The position numbers were made by a program, and so were the translations under genes. A model generated the notes under the pieces. The model ran no database searches, was not told the origin of the DNA, and worked only from the letters and a program-made list of their open reading frames with translations. A stretch of DNA of 49,981 nucleotides from Octopus sinensis (lineage: Eukaryota), in the NCBI RefSeq assembly GCF_006345805.1, contig NW_021834252.1:1-49981 (forward strand), written 5' to 3'. Positions 23,923 to 38,071 of the stretch are shown piece after piece; positions within the stretch are counted from its first letter, which is position 1, and each line of letters starts with the position of its first letter.

Positions 23923-24270
23923 AAGGCGGCGAGATGGCAGAAACGTTAGCACACCGGGTGAAATGCGTCTGCCATTACGTTCTGAGTTCAAATTCCGCCG
24001 AGGTCGACTTTGCCTTTCATCCTTTCGGGGTCGATAAAGTAAGTACCAGTTACACACTGGGGTCGATGTAATCGACTTGATCCGTTTGTCTGTCCTTGTT
24101 TGTCCCCTCTGTGTTTAGCCCCTTGTGGGTAGTAAAGAAATAGGTATTCCGTCTGCCGCTATGTTCTGAGTTCAAATTCTGCCGAGGTCGACTTTGCCTT
24201 TTATCCTTTCGGGGTCGACCAATGCTTTGTGAGTGAGTTTGGTAGATGGAAGCTGAAAGAAACACGTGGT
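23923..24270 (+). mobile_element. Composite SINE: A tail-1 unit (23923-24142), A B-box half (24143-24220), family B central domain (about 24215-24270)
   Basis: ...agtaaagaaata|ggtattccgtctgcc...atcctttcggggtcgacc|aatgctttgtgagtgagtttggtagatggaagctgaaagaa. Confidence 0.88.
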
Positions 24271-24690
24271 ATCTTTTGTCTTTTACGGATTTCAATCTTT
24301 AGAATGCAAAGGACGAAGAAATAAGAACCCATAGTATGGTAGAAGCCATAGCCACTAATAATAAAAAGGAGTACTGATGGAATGTTCCTGTGAAAACCTC
24401 AATTTTTTAGAATATTATCGATCCACCTCAGCTGACTTTTGCGAATCAGTTTCACACCGGCATTCGGTAATCACGTGGCAGTCCAATAACTGCGCTCGTC
24501 TTTTCTTTCATACCTGCCATCTCTGATGATCACAGTTATGAGATTATCCTCAGATTACCGCTCCGGCTGTAATGGATCTATAAAACTGTATTATTTGATT
24601 AATATACCTTTTCTATTCACAAATATACGAGTATCTTTCTTTTCTGGTTCATGAATTTTTGGTAACTACACACACATACACACACACATA

Positions 24691-24766
<76 letters not shown>

Positions 24767-24795
24767 ACTTTATTTAAAGCAGCAGAAAATTCAAC

Positions 24796-24842
24796 AAATC
24801 CTGTTACTCTGAGTTTCCCGTTGCCGTTCATCGGACAGTTTT
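24796..24842 (-). ncRNA. Minimal type I hammerhead ribozyme-like motif (mirror copy)
   Basis: Minus strand reads aaaactgt CCGATGA acg-gcaa-cgg GAAA ctc a gag ta acagg. Stem II has two GC pairs closing a GNRA (GCAA) loop. Confidence 0.5.
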
Positions 24843-24846
24843 TGCA

Positions 24847-24893
24847 AAAACTGTCCGATGAACGGCAACAGGAAACTCAGAGTAACAGGTTTT
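24847..24893 (+). ncRNA. Minimal type I hammerhead ribozyme-like motif
   Basis: Stem I aaaactgt/acag(g)tttt; core CCGATGA (24855-24861; C replaces the canonical U4); GAAA at 24872-24875; palindromic stem III ACTC-A-GAGT; GUA cleavage triplet at 24882-24884. Stem II is poorly paired in this arm. Confidence 0.45.
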
Positions 24894-24991
24894 GTTGAAT
24901 TTTCTGCTGCTTTAAATAAAGCATATTACTCAACCACTGGTATTTGAGTACTCTTTTTTCCACCTTGTTTCACATTTATGTGTTACTCCGG

Positions 24992-25049
<58 letters not shown>

Positions 25050-25548
25050 TATTATATATTATATGTATATATAATATGTATACTTATACACAGGTATACC
25101 TAACCGCACGAAGGTATACATACATCTACATACATCAGTGCAAGTGAAACAAGCAAACAGCATTACAAATGGGAGAGAGTTTAATTGAAGAAAGCTGGAT
25201 GATACAACGACCGAAGCCTTGTGACTAACATCTAAGATGACAGCCCAAGTTCGAATATATAAGTGTATTTCTGTTATCTTTCGTATTTGCAATTTTGTGG
25301 TTCATGTATAGAAATATCATTGAGACAGCTGAGTTGTATTTATTTCGTGAGAGATGAAACTAATCGAACGAAAGGAAACCAAGACAGCATAAAATCTCCC
25401 GTAGTTTGAGTAGAGTTCTGTTACTAATGAAGGTTCACAAATACGATGGAATATGATGAGATAGAATGTATCTCTACGTAGCATTATAATTCACATGGAA
25501 TATCTTAGTCTTGTGGAATTGCTTTAAAATACTCCTATGAGATTGAAC

Positions 25549-25985
25549 AGAGACGTGTAACCAAACGCATACCCTCCATCAGACACCTACCATACTCTGA
25601 GCGCCTTGTTTCCCTGGGCATGGATTCACTGAAGCTCCGGCGTCTGGCGATGGACTTGATAAACACCCGCAAAGTTATCAACCACCTCACCAACAACAAC
25701 ACTGAACACCTTTTTGATCTCCATGTGTCTAAGACACGTGGACATGCCTACAAAGTCAGAAAACAGCATAGCTCCCATGACTTTCGGAAACATTTTTTCA
25801 CGCTCAGAGTTGCTGAAGCATGGAATAAACTGCCTGCGTCAGTTGTTGACTGCCATGACACTGCATCCTTTAAGGCCCTCATGCTTTCCGAAATCCGTCG
25901 AAACTACACCTGATTATACATACACTTTAGATGAGTTGTAGTGCACCTGAGCACTGTACACAATTATTATTATTATTATTATTAT
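25549..25985 (+). mobile_element. 5'-truncated CR1-type LINE 3' end with (ATT)n tail
   Basis: QRRVTKRIPSIRHLPYSERLVSLGMDSLKLRRLAMDL...TRGHAYKV...RKHFFTLRVAEAWNKLP, stop at 25911-25913, short 3' UTR, ATT tail. Confidence 0.9.
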
Positions 25986-27151
25986 AAAGAAACCAGTAAG
26001 AATTTCATGAAAAATTAAAAGTGTGAAAGACCGTGTACATATAAATTGCATTTTTTGTGGAAAACTACGGCCACGGGCCCACAGATGTACTGTTTCCGCT
26101 CACTTTCTCTCCTGTCGCTCCAATACTGGCTATTGATACTTTGAACTAAAAAAAAGTGTACACCCTTACAAAAGCACGATTTATGTAGCAGCTTCACCTT
26201 TTGTCGTTCCTATTTTCCATTAATCCTCAAACCCCTTGCTAAATAATACTTCGTTCAGTTCCACCCCTTGCCCAAAAAAACCACACGCTTATAATCACAC
26301 CCTCTCTTTTTCTTTCTTGAGGATAAAGGTGCATATATTCTACTTGAGCATTAAACTCATCAATCTCCAGTCTGGGGGAGTTTTCAAAGATTATGAACAC
26401 CACTCTTCATCCGACTAAATGATCATAAGTTATGCATTAAAAAAAACTGCAATGCTATAACACAATGTATTTACTACTAAACCGACTTCCTCAACTTTCT
26501 GAAAAATATTAATATTGCTGCAACACATTATGAACATTAATAAAAATCAATACACTGAAATATATTTAATATGTTAACACACATAAAAACTTACTATGAA
26601 TTGACTCCGGAGATACATCTCCACGTTTTCTTTTTACACCGGGATTAGAGATAAAAGAATTGCGGAAAACTTAAAGCACTAAAACTGCTCTAAATTTGAA
26701 ACTCACTCTTCTTGATTCACAGTTATTTCCTTTTTTCTGCAGGACTCTATATCTTAATGATATCAGTTCAAACTTCGCTGAAGTCGATTTTAAATCACTA
26801 TGTGGTGAAGTAAGGATATCTATTCAGTCAAAATCATTCATGTCACAAAATTGTGTGGGTTAGAACCGGTGTTTTTAACTTTGCTTTTGGATCGACAGGT
26901 GCCGCTTTACTGACACTAAGATCTATTAATTTCTTTCAGTCCTTCGTATAATTACCTTCATAGGTTCCTACATCTTAGGGCAGTGATAGCAAATCTATGA
27001 CACAAGTTTCTACACAGACATATAGGAGAATTTTGTGTGACTTGCGATGGACTATATTTAAAAAGTCTTTCTGCATTATCTTGTAATAAGAAAACATGTC
27101 CATACACATTTACCTAAAGTTAAGATACATGTATCTCTCATAAGGTCCAGT

Positions 27152-27459
27152 CATTGTTGCGATGTAGTAGCTTACGTGTCTCAGTGACTCTGATAGCGGA
27201 GCACAAGCTCTTGGTAGAGCCTCAAATGCTGAACAGGCCAAAGGATATAGGCCAGACTGAAATGGACCACTTCTTCCTAGACGTAAAAACTGATTTGTGT
27301 AGGGAAGCCAATAACCCTACCTAGAAAAAAAAGGGCTAAGTTACAGAAGCATCGATGGCAATTTAAAACCAATAAGACCAAGGAAAGGACGGCCTAGAGT
27401 TGGGGACAATGGAGAAATGACGTTAAGGGCCAATGCTTTATAGGGAGCGAAGGGCTTAA
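27152..27459 (+). mobile_element. Short RTE-like derivative (5' UTR-like part joined to 3' end-like part)
   Basis: The 5' part is homologous to 1035-1175. The end ggagaaatgacgttaagggccaatgctttatagggagcgaagggcttaa resembles RTE 3' termini (recall). Confidence 0.45.
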
Positions 27460-27461
27460 TA

Positions 27462-27559
27462 CAGAGTGTCTATAAAGTCGTTGTGCAATTTAGTTCTGTC
27501 ATGTACAGTTACAAAGCTACAAATATTTTAAATCGCACACGGGCTTTATAGACACCCTG
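27462..27559. mobile_element. 98-bp Tc1/mariner-type MITE with TA TSD
   Basis: TIR cagagtgtctataaagtcgttgtgcaattta vs rc cagggtgtctataaagcccgtgtgcgattta (26/31). TA at 27460-27461 and 27560-27561. Confidence 0.8.
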
Positions 27560-29942
27560 TATATAAATAATATAAAATACATGAATGGATGTTATAGAGA
27601 CCACAATTACGACGGGATTAGTAAAGAAATTAGACTTCCGATAAGTAAGGCCCAAAAAGGTCCGGAAGCGCTGTCCTAAGGTTGACAAAGATCTCATTCT
27701 CGTTTGTGTTTCTCAGAATAGAAATAAGGTACTGAATGGTTGTATCAAACGTTTTACTCTTTTGTAGAGCAGAATAATTACCGTTCTGAACAACTTTGCA
27801 GAATAAACAGCAACTTTTAAATGATTAAAACTAATTATGGAAGTCTGAAAGTTATATGTGGGTATTTTTAACAAATAATGGTAAGGAATGAAATAGAAAG
27901 AATAATGTTAAGTAAACTACTGGATGTATGGTTGGGTTCGTTTATAGTTTTCTTTAATATACATTTTTATACAGCAATAAAGAAACAATATTAGAACTGT
28001 AGACAAATTAGATATTTCGAAAGAACTTACTTATGTGGTTAGGCGAAGACAGTGTAACGCAGTGATCTCCCTTTTCCACTTATACGTCCATCGAAGAGCG
28101 GGAAGTAGCACAGAAGGGACGGGGCGGGAAATTTATTCCAGGTTGAGCATTATTACCATTATTATCCTCATATTTGTCTTTCGATCGATTAACAGTTCTT
28201 CAACTTTTAATGTTTTACTTTAATAATTTTCCGTTCCTTGCTTTGATTACATATACATATATATATATATATATATAATTTGCAAGTTTATCGCGTATTT
28301 CCTTGCAGGATCCAAATGATAATAGTAAAGATTGTGTGTGTGAATGTGTGCATGTGTATGTCTAAGTGCATGTGTGTGTGTGTGTGTGTGTATACGTTTA
28401 TGTTTCTTAATATGCAGGTGGTTATTTGCACGAGTGTGTGTTTGTACTAGTGTATGTATATATATGTATGTATGTGTCTGTGTATATATGTAAGTGTGAA
28501 TACGAGTGTGTTTATGTAACTGTCAATGCATATGTATATATATGACCATCTGTTTTTGTGTTTTATTCGTTTGTTTTATTGATTGTTTACGAAACTAAAA
28601 CGAAGAAATTAAAACTCAATCACATTTGTAAAGTGTGTATATCAGTATATGGCAATAAAGGTAAGTATATAAATGTAAAGTATTTTGTACGAGAACATTT
28701 ACTGAAACAGGTGATGCACTTTTACGTAAATCTTTTCATAAATGAACATCTCGCTGTAGAGGCCGCTTCAGGAGTTTCATCACAGTTTCCCGTAAAATCC
28801 AATTATGAAACACAGATCCTCGCCAAGGCAAATGAAGTTATATATTTTGTACATATATTTACTTCACCAATATTTCAGCAAGTCCCATCTGTGGCTAAGG
28901 TGGGCGAAAATTATACATTTTTGAAAAGATGTGGTAAGTACACTGATACAGTGCAGGGTCGAATTTTTCTTTCTTTCTTTCTTTACCTTTTTATTTATTT
29001 ATTTATTTATTGACCATCATTGGTTTTGTGACGTGGCAGAACCTGCTGAGCAATAATACTAATATATTATCATCGTTTTTCAAGAGTTAGAAACTTACAT
29101 TGTTTGCGGTTTTATTTCAAATACATATTTTTTTTGAGTATCTTGTAACTCATATTGTATTTAATATCCATTTTGGAATATATAAATAATCTTTAACGTC
29201 TATAAGGATGACAAAGGCCATGTTTTCATTGTTATCCTTATTGATAAGTATAGACATGTAGACAAGCTAATAGTGCTTCAGTCCGCATTGGTGTAAAAAA
29301 TAAGCTTGCCTGTGATATTCCTATTAATTCTCCATCCATTTTTTTACCAAAAGATATATGAAGTTTCACCATTTACACTTCCTTTAAAATCGGTATCCAG
29401 TTCTTATGTAAAGTAGTCCGTTTTGGGTTCACTGTTTGATCCGTCTCCACGATAAATCTTTGCGAATAAAAAAGAAGCATGTATAAATAGATATATTCCA
29501 AGATTTTCTTCACACATGTTAATCACAACCAAACACAGTTTCAGAATACCGCAATTGGAAGAGCAGAAACGAATGTATATATATATATAAGTGCGTGTGC
29601 GTTTATGTGTGTGCGTTTATGTGTGTGTGTGTATGTGTTTTTATGTGTGTGTGTGTATCAGGGAACATGGAAAAGAGGAGAGAGTGTTTCAATGCAAGAC
29701 TGATTTATAAAAGTAATAATATTCGCTAACATTCAGCTGCGGGCAGATTTATCATGCCAATTGTCACTAATACTTCATCATCAAGGCAGTTACGCTTTCG
29801 GGTTCTATAATTGCGCAACCCTTCATTAAAATTATACAAGTGTGTTTTTATATAATTCTATCAGGCCTGTTTGTGTCAGTTTCTCTTCTTTCGTTTTGTT
29901 TGGATGTTTTTGACACCCCCTGTATTGTATTTTTTTGTTCCC

Positions 29943-29978
<36 letters not shown>

Positions 29979-30311
29979 TATTTGTTTATTTGTTTATTTG
30001 TCAGACAAGTTGAATGATGTTTAATTAAGAAGAGATAGGGGGGGGATGTGTGTAGGAAATGAAAGTGAAAAGGTGCAAAAAGTGGAATAAATAGACAAAT
30101 AAATAAATAATGGTAAGAAGGAATGGATGAAGATAGAAAGGAATGGTTACCTTGACGGTGAGCAGAATATCACTTTATAACCCCCAACATAGCGGTGAAT
30201 AAATATATTAACTACAACTACATTTATCATCAAACTCAAAGCTGCCGGCTCCTCTATCAAAATGGCATTATTAGACAGATTGTTGGTAATTGACTAATTT
30301 GTTGTTATTTA

Positions 30312-30348
<37 letters not shown>

Positions 30349-31439
30349 TCAGATAAATCTTAACGAACGTGACGAAACCCGCAATTGAGAAATAAACCAT
30401 CGCTTCCCTTCTGGGTACAGAACGAATAAGGCAATAGTATTTATTTCGTGAGAGGAAGTATGTGATATTGCAATGAGGTGGGTACAAGGAAACGTGAAAC
30501 TCAAAGAACGAGAAAGAAGATAACGTTCGAGAAACAGTGTTTTTTTCTGATTTAGGGAAATAATAACGTGAAGAAATATGATCGCTATGAAAGTGAATCT
30601 TATGATAAATTGTTCCTGGTTTCGATTAATAAAATGTTGTCTTTGGATAAGGGCAAAACATCATTAGTAAACATGTATGACAATGAAATTTTTTTTTTAA
30701 ATTGTTCAAGTGTTAAAAGGGAAAACTTTTACTGTGCGTAGGATTCTGTAAGGCCATCATGGAAAAAAGTGAACCATTTCAAATGAAAAACGTTTATATC
30801 CGAAAGTAATACATTTACAGTTTATTTTTAATATTATTTCACATTTATATCTGTTTCGGAAATAAAATTCTTCCTTAAAAAAAAAATAATAACTTTGTCT
30901 TTTTTCCTTGCTTTACAATCTTGTGGCTAGCTTTTGGAAAAAAGCACACTCAGTGCTTGAAATCGATTTAAGATGCGATAGAGAATGAATATAAAATAAC
31001 GTTAAGAATAATAATGATGAGGATAAAAATAGCAGCAACAATATTTATGATATTTTATCATGCAAAACAAAACTGCAAATGTGTATTAAATCTAACAAGA
31101 AATATAAGGTCACTTGCTTCGTAACATGTACCTGTTAAGTTCGAAAAAGGAATAAGGATCTGTAGAATATTATGATACTATGAGGAGAAGATGGGAAGAA
31201 AAAGTAAAATTTCTTTTTCCGTTAATACATATTCAGTTCCTAAAGTTAAATGACTTTCGGAAGATGGTGGAAATCAAATAAGAACCAACGTGTAAAAAAA
31301 AAGAAAAAAAAACAAGAATCTACACAACTCGATTCTTTTGCAGAGACGTCTTTTATTATTAGAGAACAGCTTCAGTCAATACTCAGAGTAGTGTGACAAA
31401 CTTTAATACTAACACCTCACACTCTCTCTCGTAACGCTC

Positions 31440-31487
<48 letters not shown>

Positions 31488-31715
31488 ATTGAGAGCCTCT
31501 GCACGCCAATAGATTTCATTGTGAGCATCATTGCTATTATTGCTTTTGCTGTTATTATTATTATTATTATTATTATAATTATTATTATTATTGTCGTTGT
31601 TGCTGCTGTTGTTCTTGCTGTGCAGTAGTCAGTGCTTCTCACCAATCTAAAATCACTTACTGAGAGAAATAGTGAGAGGCTCTTTATTTAGTGAAATCTT
31701 ATAAATACGCTGCGA

Positions 31716-32160
31716 GTGTGTGTGTGTGTGAGAGATAGAGAGAGAGAGAGATGCTATGTATGCGTGCGTGTATGTGCATACGTCAATCGTGTATATGTAT
31801 GTGTATGTGTGTTATGTGAGTGTGTGTGTGTGTGCCTGCTTGAGTGTGCGTCTATCCACTGTGACAATCCAGCAATGATTATAATAACTGTTTCGATCAG
31901 GGGAATAAAAATGACGATGGTGATGATGATGATGGTGATGATGATGATGATGATGATGAGGAGGAGGAGGAGGAGGAGGAGGGGGATGACGACAATGACC
32001 ACGACGACGACGACGATGATGATGATGATGAGGACGATGATAATAATAATGATGATGAACGCATTAGTTCACAGTGATGCTTATAAGAAGGAAAGGAATG
32101 AATGAATGAAAGAATGAAGGAAAGAAGGAAGGAAGGAAGGAAGGAAGAAGGAAAACGACA
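31716..32160. repeat. Compound microsatellite block (TG, GA, GAT, GAG, GAC, GAAT/GAAG)
   Basis: Directly visible. Confidence 0.9.
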
Positions 32161-32368
32161 GAGAAAGCAAGCAGACAGTGAATAACTTACATGAAATACA
32201 CAGCCATCCTTGTGGTTTTTGCCATGCTATGGTGGAAGATGAGCGTGGCGGAGTGGGATTTATTATGCAGTACAATTGTTGTTGTTATATAGAACACCGC
32301 TTAGAATTTAAAAAAAAACACACGTTATTGTGTCTATCTAACGATCTATCTGTCTGTCTATCTACCTA

Positions 32369-32452
<84 letters not shown>

Positions 32453-32801
32453 AACGTTGATGAATTGACTACACACCTATGTCGGTCTTGTTCAGGAAAA
32501 AAATAATAATAAATAAAAGTAAAATATATATAACACTTACACCTTCTTATTGCACATGCTTCCAGTTACGCACACACACCATTATAAACACCGCGGCACC
32601 TTTCTCTCCTCAGTCTCTCCTCCTCGCCCTCGCTCTCTTCTCTTCTTCCTCTCCTTCGCTCCGTCGTCTCTCCATACACACGTTCATATTGACATGCATG
32701 TATACAAGCTATTGAAGATTCAACTACTTATAGCAAACTTATAATAGAGATCGGATGGTTTTGCTACTACTGCTACTACTACGACTATTATTATTATTAT
32801 A

Positions 32802-32845
<44 letters not shown>

Positions 32846-33351
32846 CATTTACTTCCATCTGTACTCATTATTGTTAATGATTATTACTGCAGTCTGACAG
32901 GTTTGGTTTGTTAAAAGACTGTACTTATCACTGTCTCGTGCCGACAATGTGTGTATGAATGTGTGTGTGTGTGTGTGTGTGTGTAAGTTTTGTTGTTAAT
33001 GACAATGGACAAACATTCACCCACAACTCTATTTCACCTAAAACATTAGCAGGCAGCTCTTAAATAGATATAAATATATGTTGTGTATGCGCTTGTTTGT
33101 CTGTGCGCTTGTGTGTTTACGTGTGCCAGCGTATGCGTATGTCGGTAGTAATTCTCACGAATTACAAACCTTGATAGCTAAGCAATATCCTCAAGACAAC
33201 AACGTTAGTGTTATGTTTATGAATGTAAAACAAGAAAACAAAAAAACTAAAGCTAAAAAGCCATAAAAAAGGACAAAAACGAAAGCTAAACACTCAAGCG
33301 AACATACAAACCATCAAATATGTGTTTGTGTGTGTGTGTGTGGATGAATGT

Positions 33352-33508
<157 letters not shown>

Positions 33509-35789
33509 GTTATATGGAGATACTTGTATGTTTGTATGTATGTATGAATGTATGTATTTGTGTATGTATATGTGTTCGAATTTCAAAACAATTAAATGAG
33601 AAATATTAATTAGTGATTGAAAGTTTAATTAGAAATGAGGTGTGTGCACGGATGAGTGAGTGGGTGAGGGGGGAGGGGAGGGGGAAAGGGATAAAGAGAG
33701 AAAAGAATTGTTTAAGGTTTATTCAAATTATTATCACTATTTATAATGCTACTACTAATAATAATCATATAATTATTATTAACAAACAGACGTTAGCATC
33801 ATACTAATAATTAAAACAAAACATCTACACATGTATGTATGTATGTATGTATGTATGTATGTATAATGAAAGCGGCTGGCAAGGAAAGAAAGCTATTATT
33901 AAGTCGAATGTATTTGTGTTGGTGTACAAGTGTATGCGGGGGAGTCTGTGTGGCAGTGTGCGATGTGCGATGCGGGGCTGAGACAAGGACAGGTAATGCA
34001 ACGAAAGACAGAGATAGTGATGCGGAAACACAACAAAAGCGCGGTAGAAAAATTAAGTGAGCAAGAAGAGAAGGATAGAGAAGGATGAAGAAAATTTAAT
34101 TTAAAGAAGGTTTGAATTTTTCACGTAACTGAGACATCGGAACCATTGGAACCATCCTGTAATTGTTGGATAATTTTTGTTTGTATATTTTTCTCCTTTT
34201 CTCTCACTTTCTTATTTTCCTTTTCCTTTTCTTTTTTTTTTTCTTTTAGCTTTCAATCTAATATCTTTGTCCATTAAATAGAATTATCGCCATCATCATC
34301 ATCATCGTCCTCATCATCATCGTAATGCTTATTGTTATCATTGATGTATTAACTATCGCTGGAGACGAAAGTGTTTAATGACACCAATAACTGACCAAAT
34401 TTTTTCCAATCCATCGGCAAGGAGGGGCAGTTATAAATCTTTTCTTATTTGTTTTTCACTGTTGTATTTTTATTATTATTGTTATTATTATTATTTTTTT
34501 ATTATTATTGTTCCAATTCTTCAGCACTTCTTTCTTTCGTTATATGTTATTGTTCACTCTTTTATATTTAATTTTTGTCATTTGTAAACCATCAAACCAT
34601 TTCTTATGTCTATGAAGCACCATCTCTGACAATAAATAAATAAATAAATAGAAACAGATGGAAAACTGGTGCTGCCGTCGAGCCTGGTTTTATTATACTA
34701 TAGTATATACTAGTGGCTTTGAGTAAACGTTGGCAGATTAATGTCGGCGCCTCTATTGGTGGTGCTGGTGGTGGTTTGGTTTGGTTTGACGGTGGTGGAG
34801 CAAAGAGGGAAAACTGCTGGTGCAAAAATCTGTGCTACTTAACTAACAAGCAACTATCGGACTGTGTTGAATCAAAACTAGTTGCAAAAACCGTGCCAGA
34901 GAGAGAGAGAGAGAGAGAAGGGGATAGAGGGAGAGAGGATAAGGGAGAGGGAGAAAAAAGCATCAATAACAACAAGAGAAACAAATATCTGAATTCATAA
35001 ATATATATATACATATATAAAAAAAAAACGTTTTAAAGAACTTAAGATGTAAATCAGAATCTCACACATACAGAAATACACATACATACATACACACACA
35101 CACATACACACACGTACACGCACGCACACATGCACAGAGACATACACACACACACACACGAACACCAACCATTTGAAAGTAAATGTGAGGTACAAGAAAG
35201 ACAGGACGAATAATTATAAAACGAAAGAAATTTAATTAAGGCGAACGAGACGTTCTATGTTAGAATGAGATGCACTAAAAATAGACTGGAACAACGACAC
35301 AAACACACACAGACACACACACACACACACACACGTACAGACTCAAACGTACATAGTTACAAACACAGTAACATCTGACATAATCGCAGATATACAAGCA
35401 CACACACACACACACACACCTATGTACTGGCATACATACATATTTAGACACACCTGTTAGAATGTATTTATAAATTTTGCTAAATTTGGTTCGTCATCTT
35501 ACCAAAACAGAAGTTGGTAGCGTTCCTGTTGTAGCTGCAGAAACGGCAGCAGCAGCAGCAGCAGTCTTGCCATGCCGTGCTAGTGTCGATGTGGATGGTA
35601 CAACGACTGCATTTGTATGGTTTATTTACACTAATATATATTTCAATTCGTCGAGCTGCTTTAAACAACAACAACAACAATACCAACATCAAAAACAACA
35701 ACAATAATAACAATAATAATCACAAGAACAATAATCAGCAGGTAAATAAATACCTTTAGATATGCATACAAGCAGTACATACATATGTA

Positions 35790-35866
<77 letters not shown>

Positions 35867-36609
35867 GTATATATATATATGTATATTCATACATACATAC
35901 GTCCATACAAACATACATAAATACACACAAATATATTAATCCACACGTATACATGCACATACATAGGCAGGTGCCTATCCGACAGCTTCTCTTAATTTCA
36001 TCATAAAACAACCTGTCCAATTGTTTTTCTGGATAATTTCTTTCGTGACTTATATACACAAATGAATGAACACACATTTTTAAGTACACGTATGAACACA
36101 CACAAATACACACACACATAACACGGACACACACGTACACACACACACACGTATGTATGCATGTATGTATGTATGTCTTTCTGTGTGTGGGTGGGTATAT
36201 AAAGACATACATAAATACATTTATATATTCATATGTATACATGTATACATGTATACATGTATGTGTGTATAATGATTAAACGTGTGTGTATGTGTGTATT
36301 TGTATACGCGTATATGAAATGGCATCTATAGGTATATTGGTATTTATCTACAGACAGACACAACCATACGTGAAAGTGTATGGCAATTGAGTTAGTAAGG
36401 AGATTTACCTCTTCAAATGTTTACTTGTAATACATTAATGTCACTGGCTATACCTGAAGGACTTATATCCCTCACCTGAATTCGCATCACACCTGGAGTA
36501 CACGTAATGTTGCATCCCCCGTCTACTCGTACGGCTGTCGAAGTGTGCCTGCATACACGCTTACACATATACATACATATACAGATATACATGTATACAC
36601 ATATATATG

Positions 36610-36665
<56 letters not shown>

Positions 36666-36959
36666 GAGAGAGAGAGAGACAGTGACAGAGAGAAAGAAAG
36701 CAAGAGACAGAGAGAGAGAGAGAGCGCTCGTTTAGTGTGTACGCGTGTATGTAATGTATGTGCGTAAGGGACTAATATTTGTCGAACGGATGGTGTAAAC
36801 GTATATAGGTACGTGATTGACTGTTCGATACTTTATCGATTTTATATATAGACATATGTGCGCGTTCGCACGCACGCATACACAGACCCAATGATATATA
36901 CCTTATATAATATATATGATGAATGATATGTATGTGTTTGTATGTATCAATATGAATAT

Positions 36960-37069
36960 ACATGCTTTATATAACAATATTATATATGTATAATATACAG
37001 ATATATATAATATATTCATATATTTATATACATATACATACATACATACATACTTATATATATATATAT

Positions 37070-37165
<96 letters not shown>

Positions 37166-37191
37166 GATATATATATATAATATACATATAT

Positions 37192-37253
<62 letters not shown>

Positions 37254-37266
37254 CATATATATATTA

Positions 37267-37300
<34 letters not shown>

Positions 37301-37311
37301 CATATATATAT

Positions 37312-37344
<33 letters not shown>

Positions 37345-37350
37345 TTATGT
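36960..37350. repeat. Long interrupted (TA)n block
   Basis: Directly visible. Confidence 0.95.
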
Positions 37351-37712
37351 ATGTATGTTTGTATACGTAAATATGTATGTATGTATATTCAAATGGCGAG
37401 AGATAGAAAGAGAATAACATGATGTTTGAGGGAAGGGTGGGTGAGATAAGAGTGGTATCATGAATAATAGATAAACGCTTATGAAACATCAAACAACCGT
37501 ATATACCTTTGAACAATGTAACAACCATCCATGTCACTATGGGCTATACAGCTAAACTGATTAGTACATACAACAAAGAAACTAGCTGCCTATCTCTCTC
37601 GCTTTCTCTCATTGTCTTCTTACTCTCTTTCACACAAACACAAACACACACACACACACTTTCTTTGTTACTTTTTCCTCTCTCTCACTCACATAGATAT
37701 GAATCAAATATA

Positions 37713-37763
<51 letters not shown>

Positions 37764-37959
37764 GCGTATGTATATATATACACGCGTATGTATATGCATA
37801 CACACACATATGTATGTATGTGTGTGTGTGTATGCGCGTGCAGAGAGAGAAAGTAGGTGAGATAGATATGGTGAAAGACAGAAAGACAGAGCGCTATATA
37901 GAGGCACCCGAGAAAGACAAATAGAAAGATGCATATGTAAGTAGATAGAAACATAGATA

Positions 37960-38071
<112 letters not shown>

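Larger units (their letters stand above)
24768..24991. mobile_element. Penelope-like terminal-repeat relic: 154-bp palindrome plus 70-bp extension, flanked by (TA)n
   Basis: Arms 24768-24844 and 24845-24921 are reverse complements with 2 mismatches and no loop. (TA)n lies on both sides. The PLE assignment is inferred from the hammerhead-like motif and the inverted structure. Confidence 0.6.

Noticed and set aside
28558-29013. 151-aa ORF with internal GTAAGT donors and a possible 55-nt exon (QVPSVAKVGENYTFLKRC)
   Set aside because: No ATG start or recognisable domain, AT-rich composition, and no partner exon found; it cannot be supported without RNA data.
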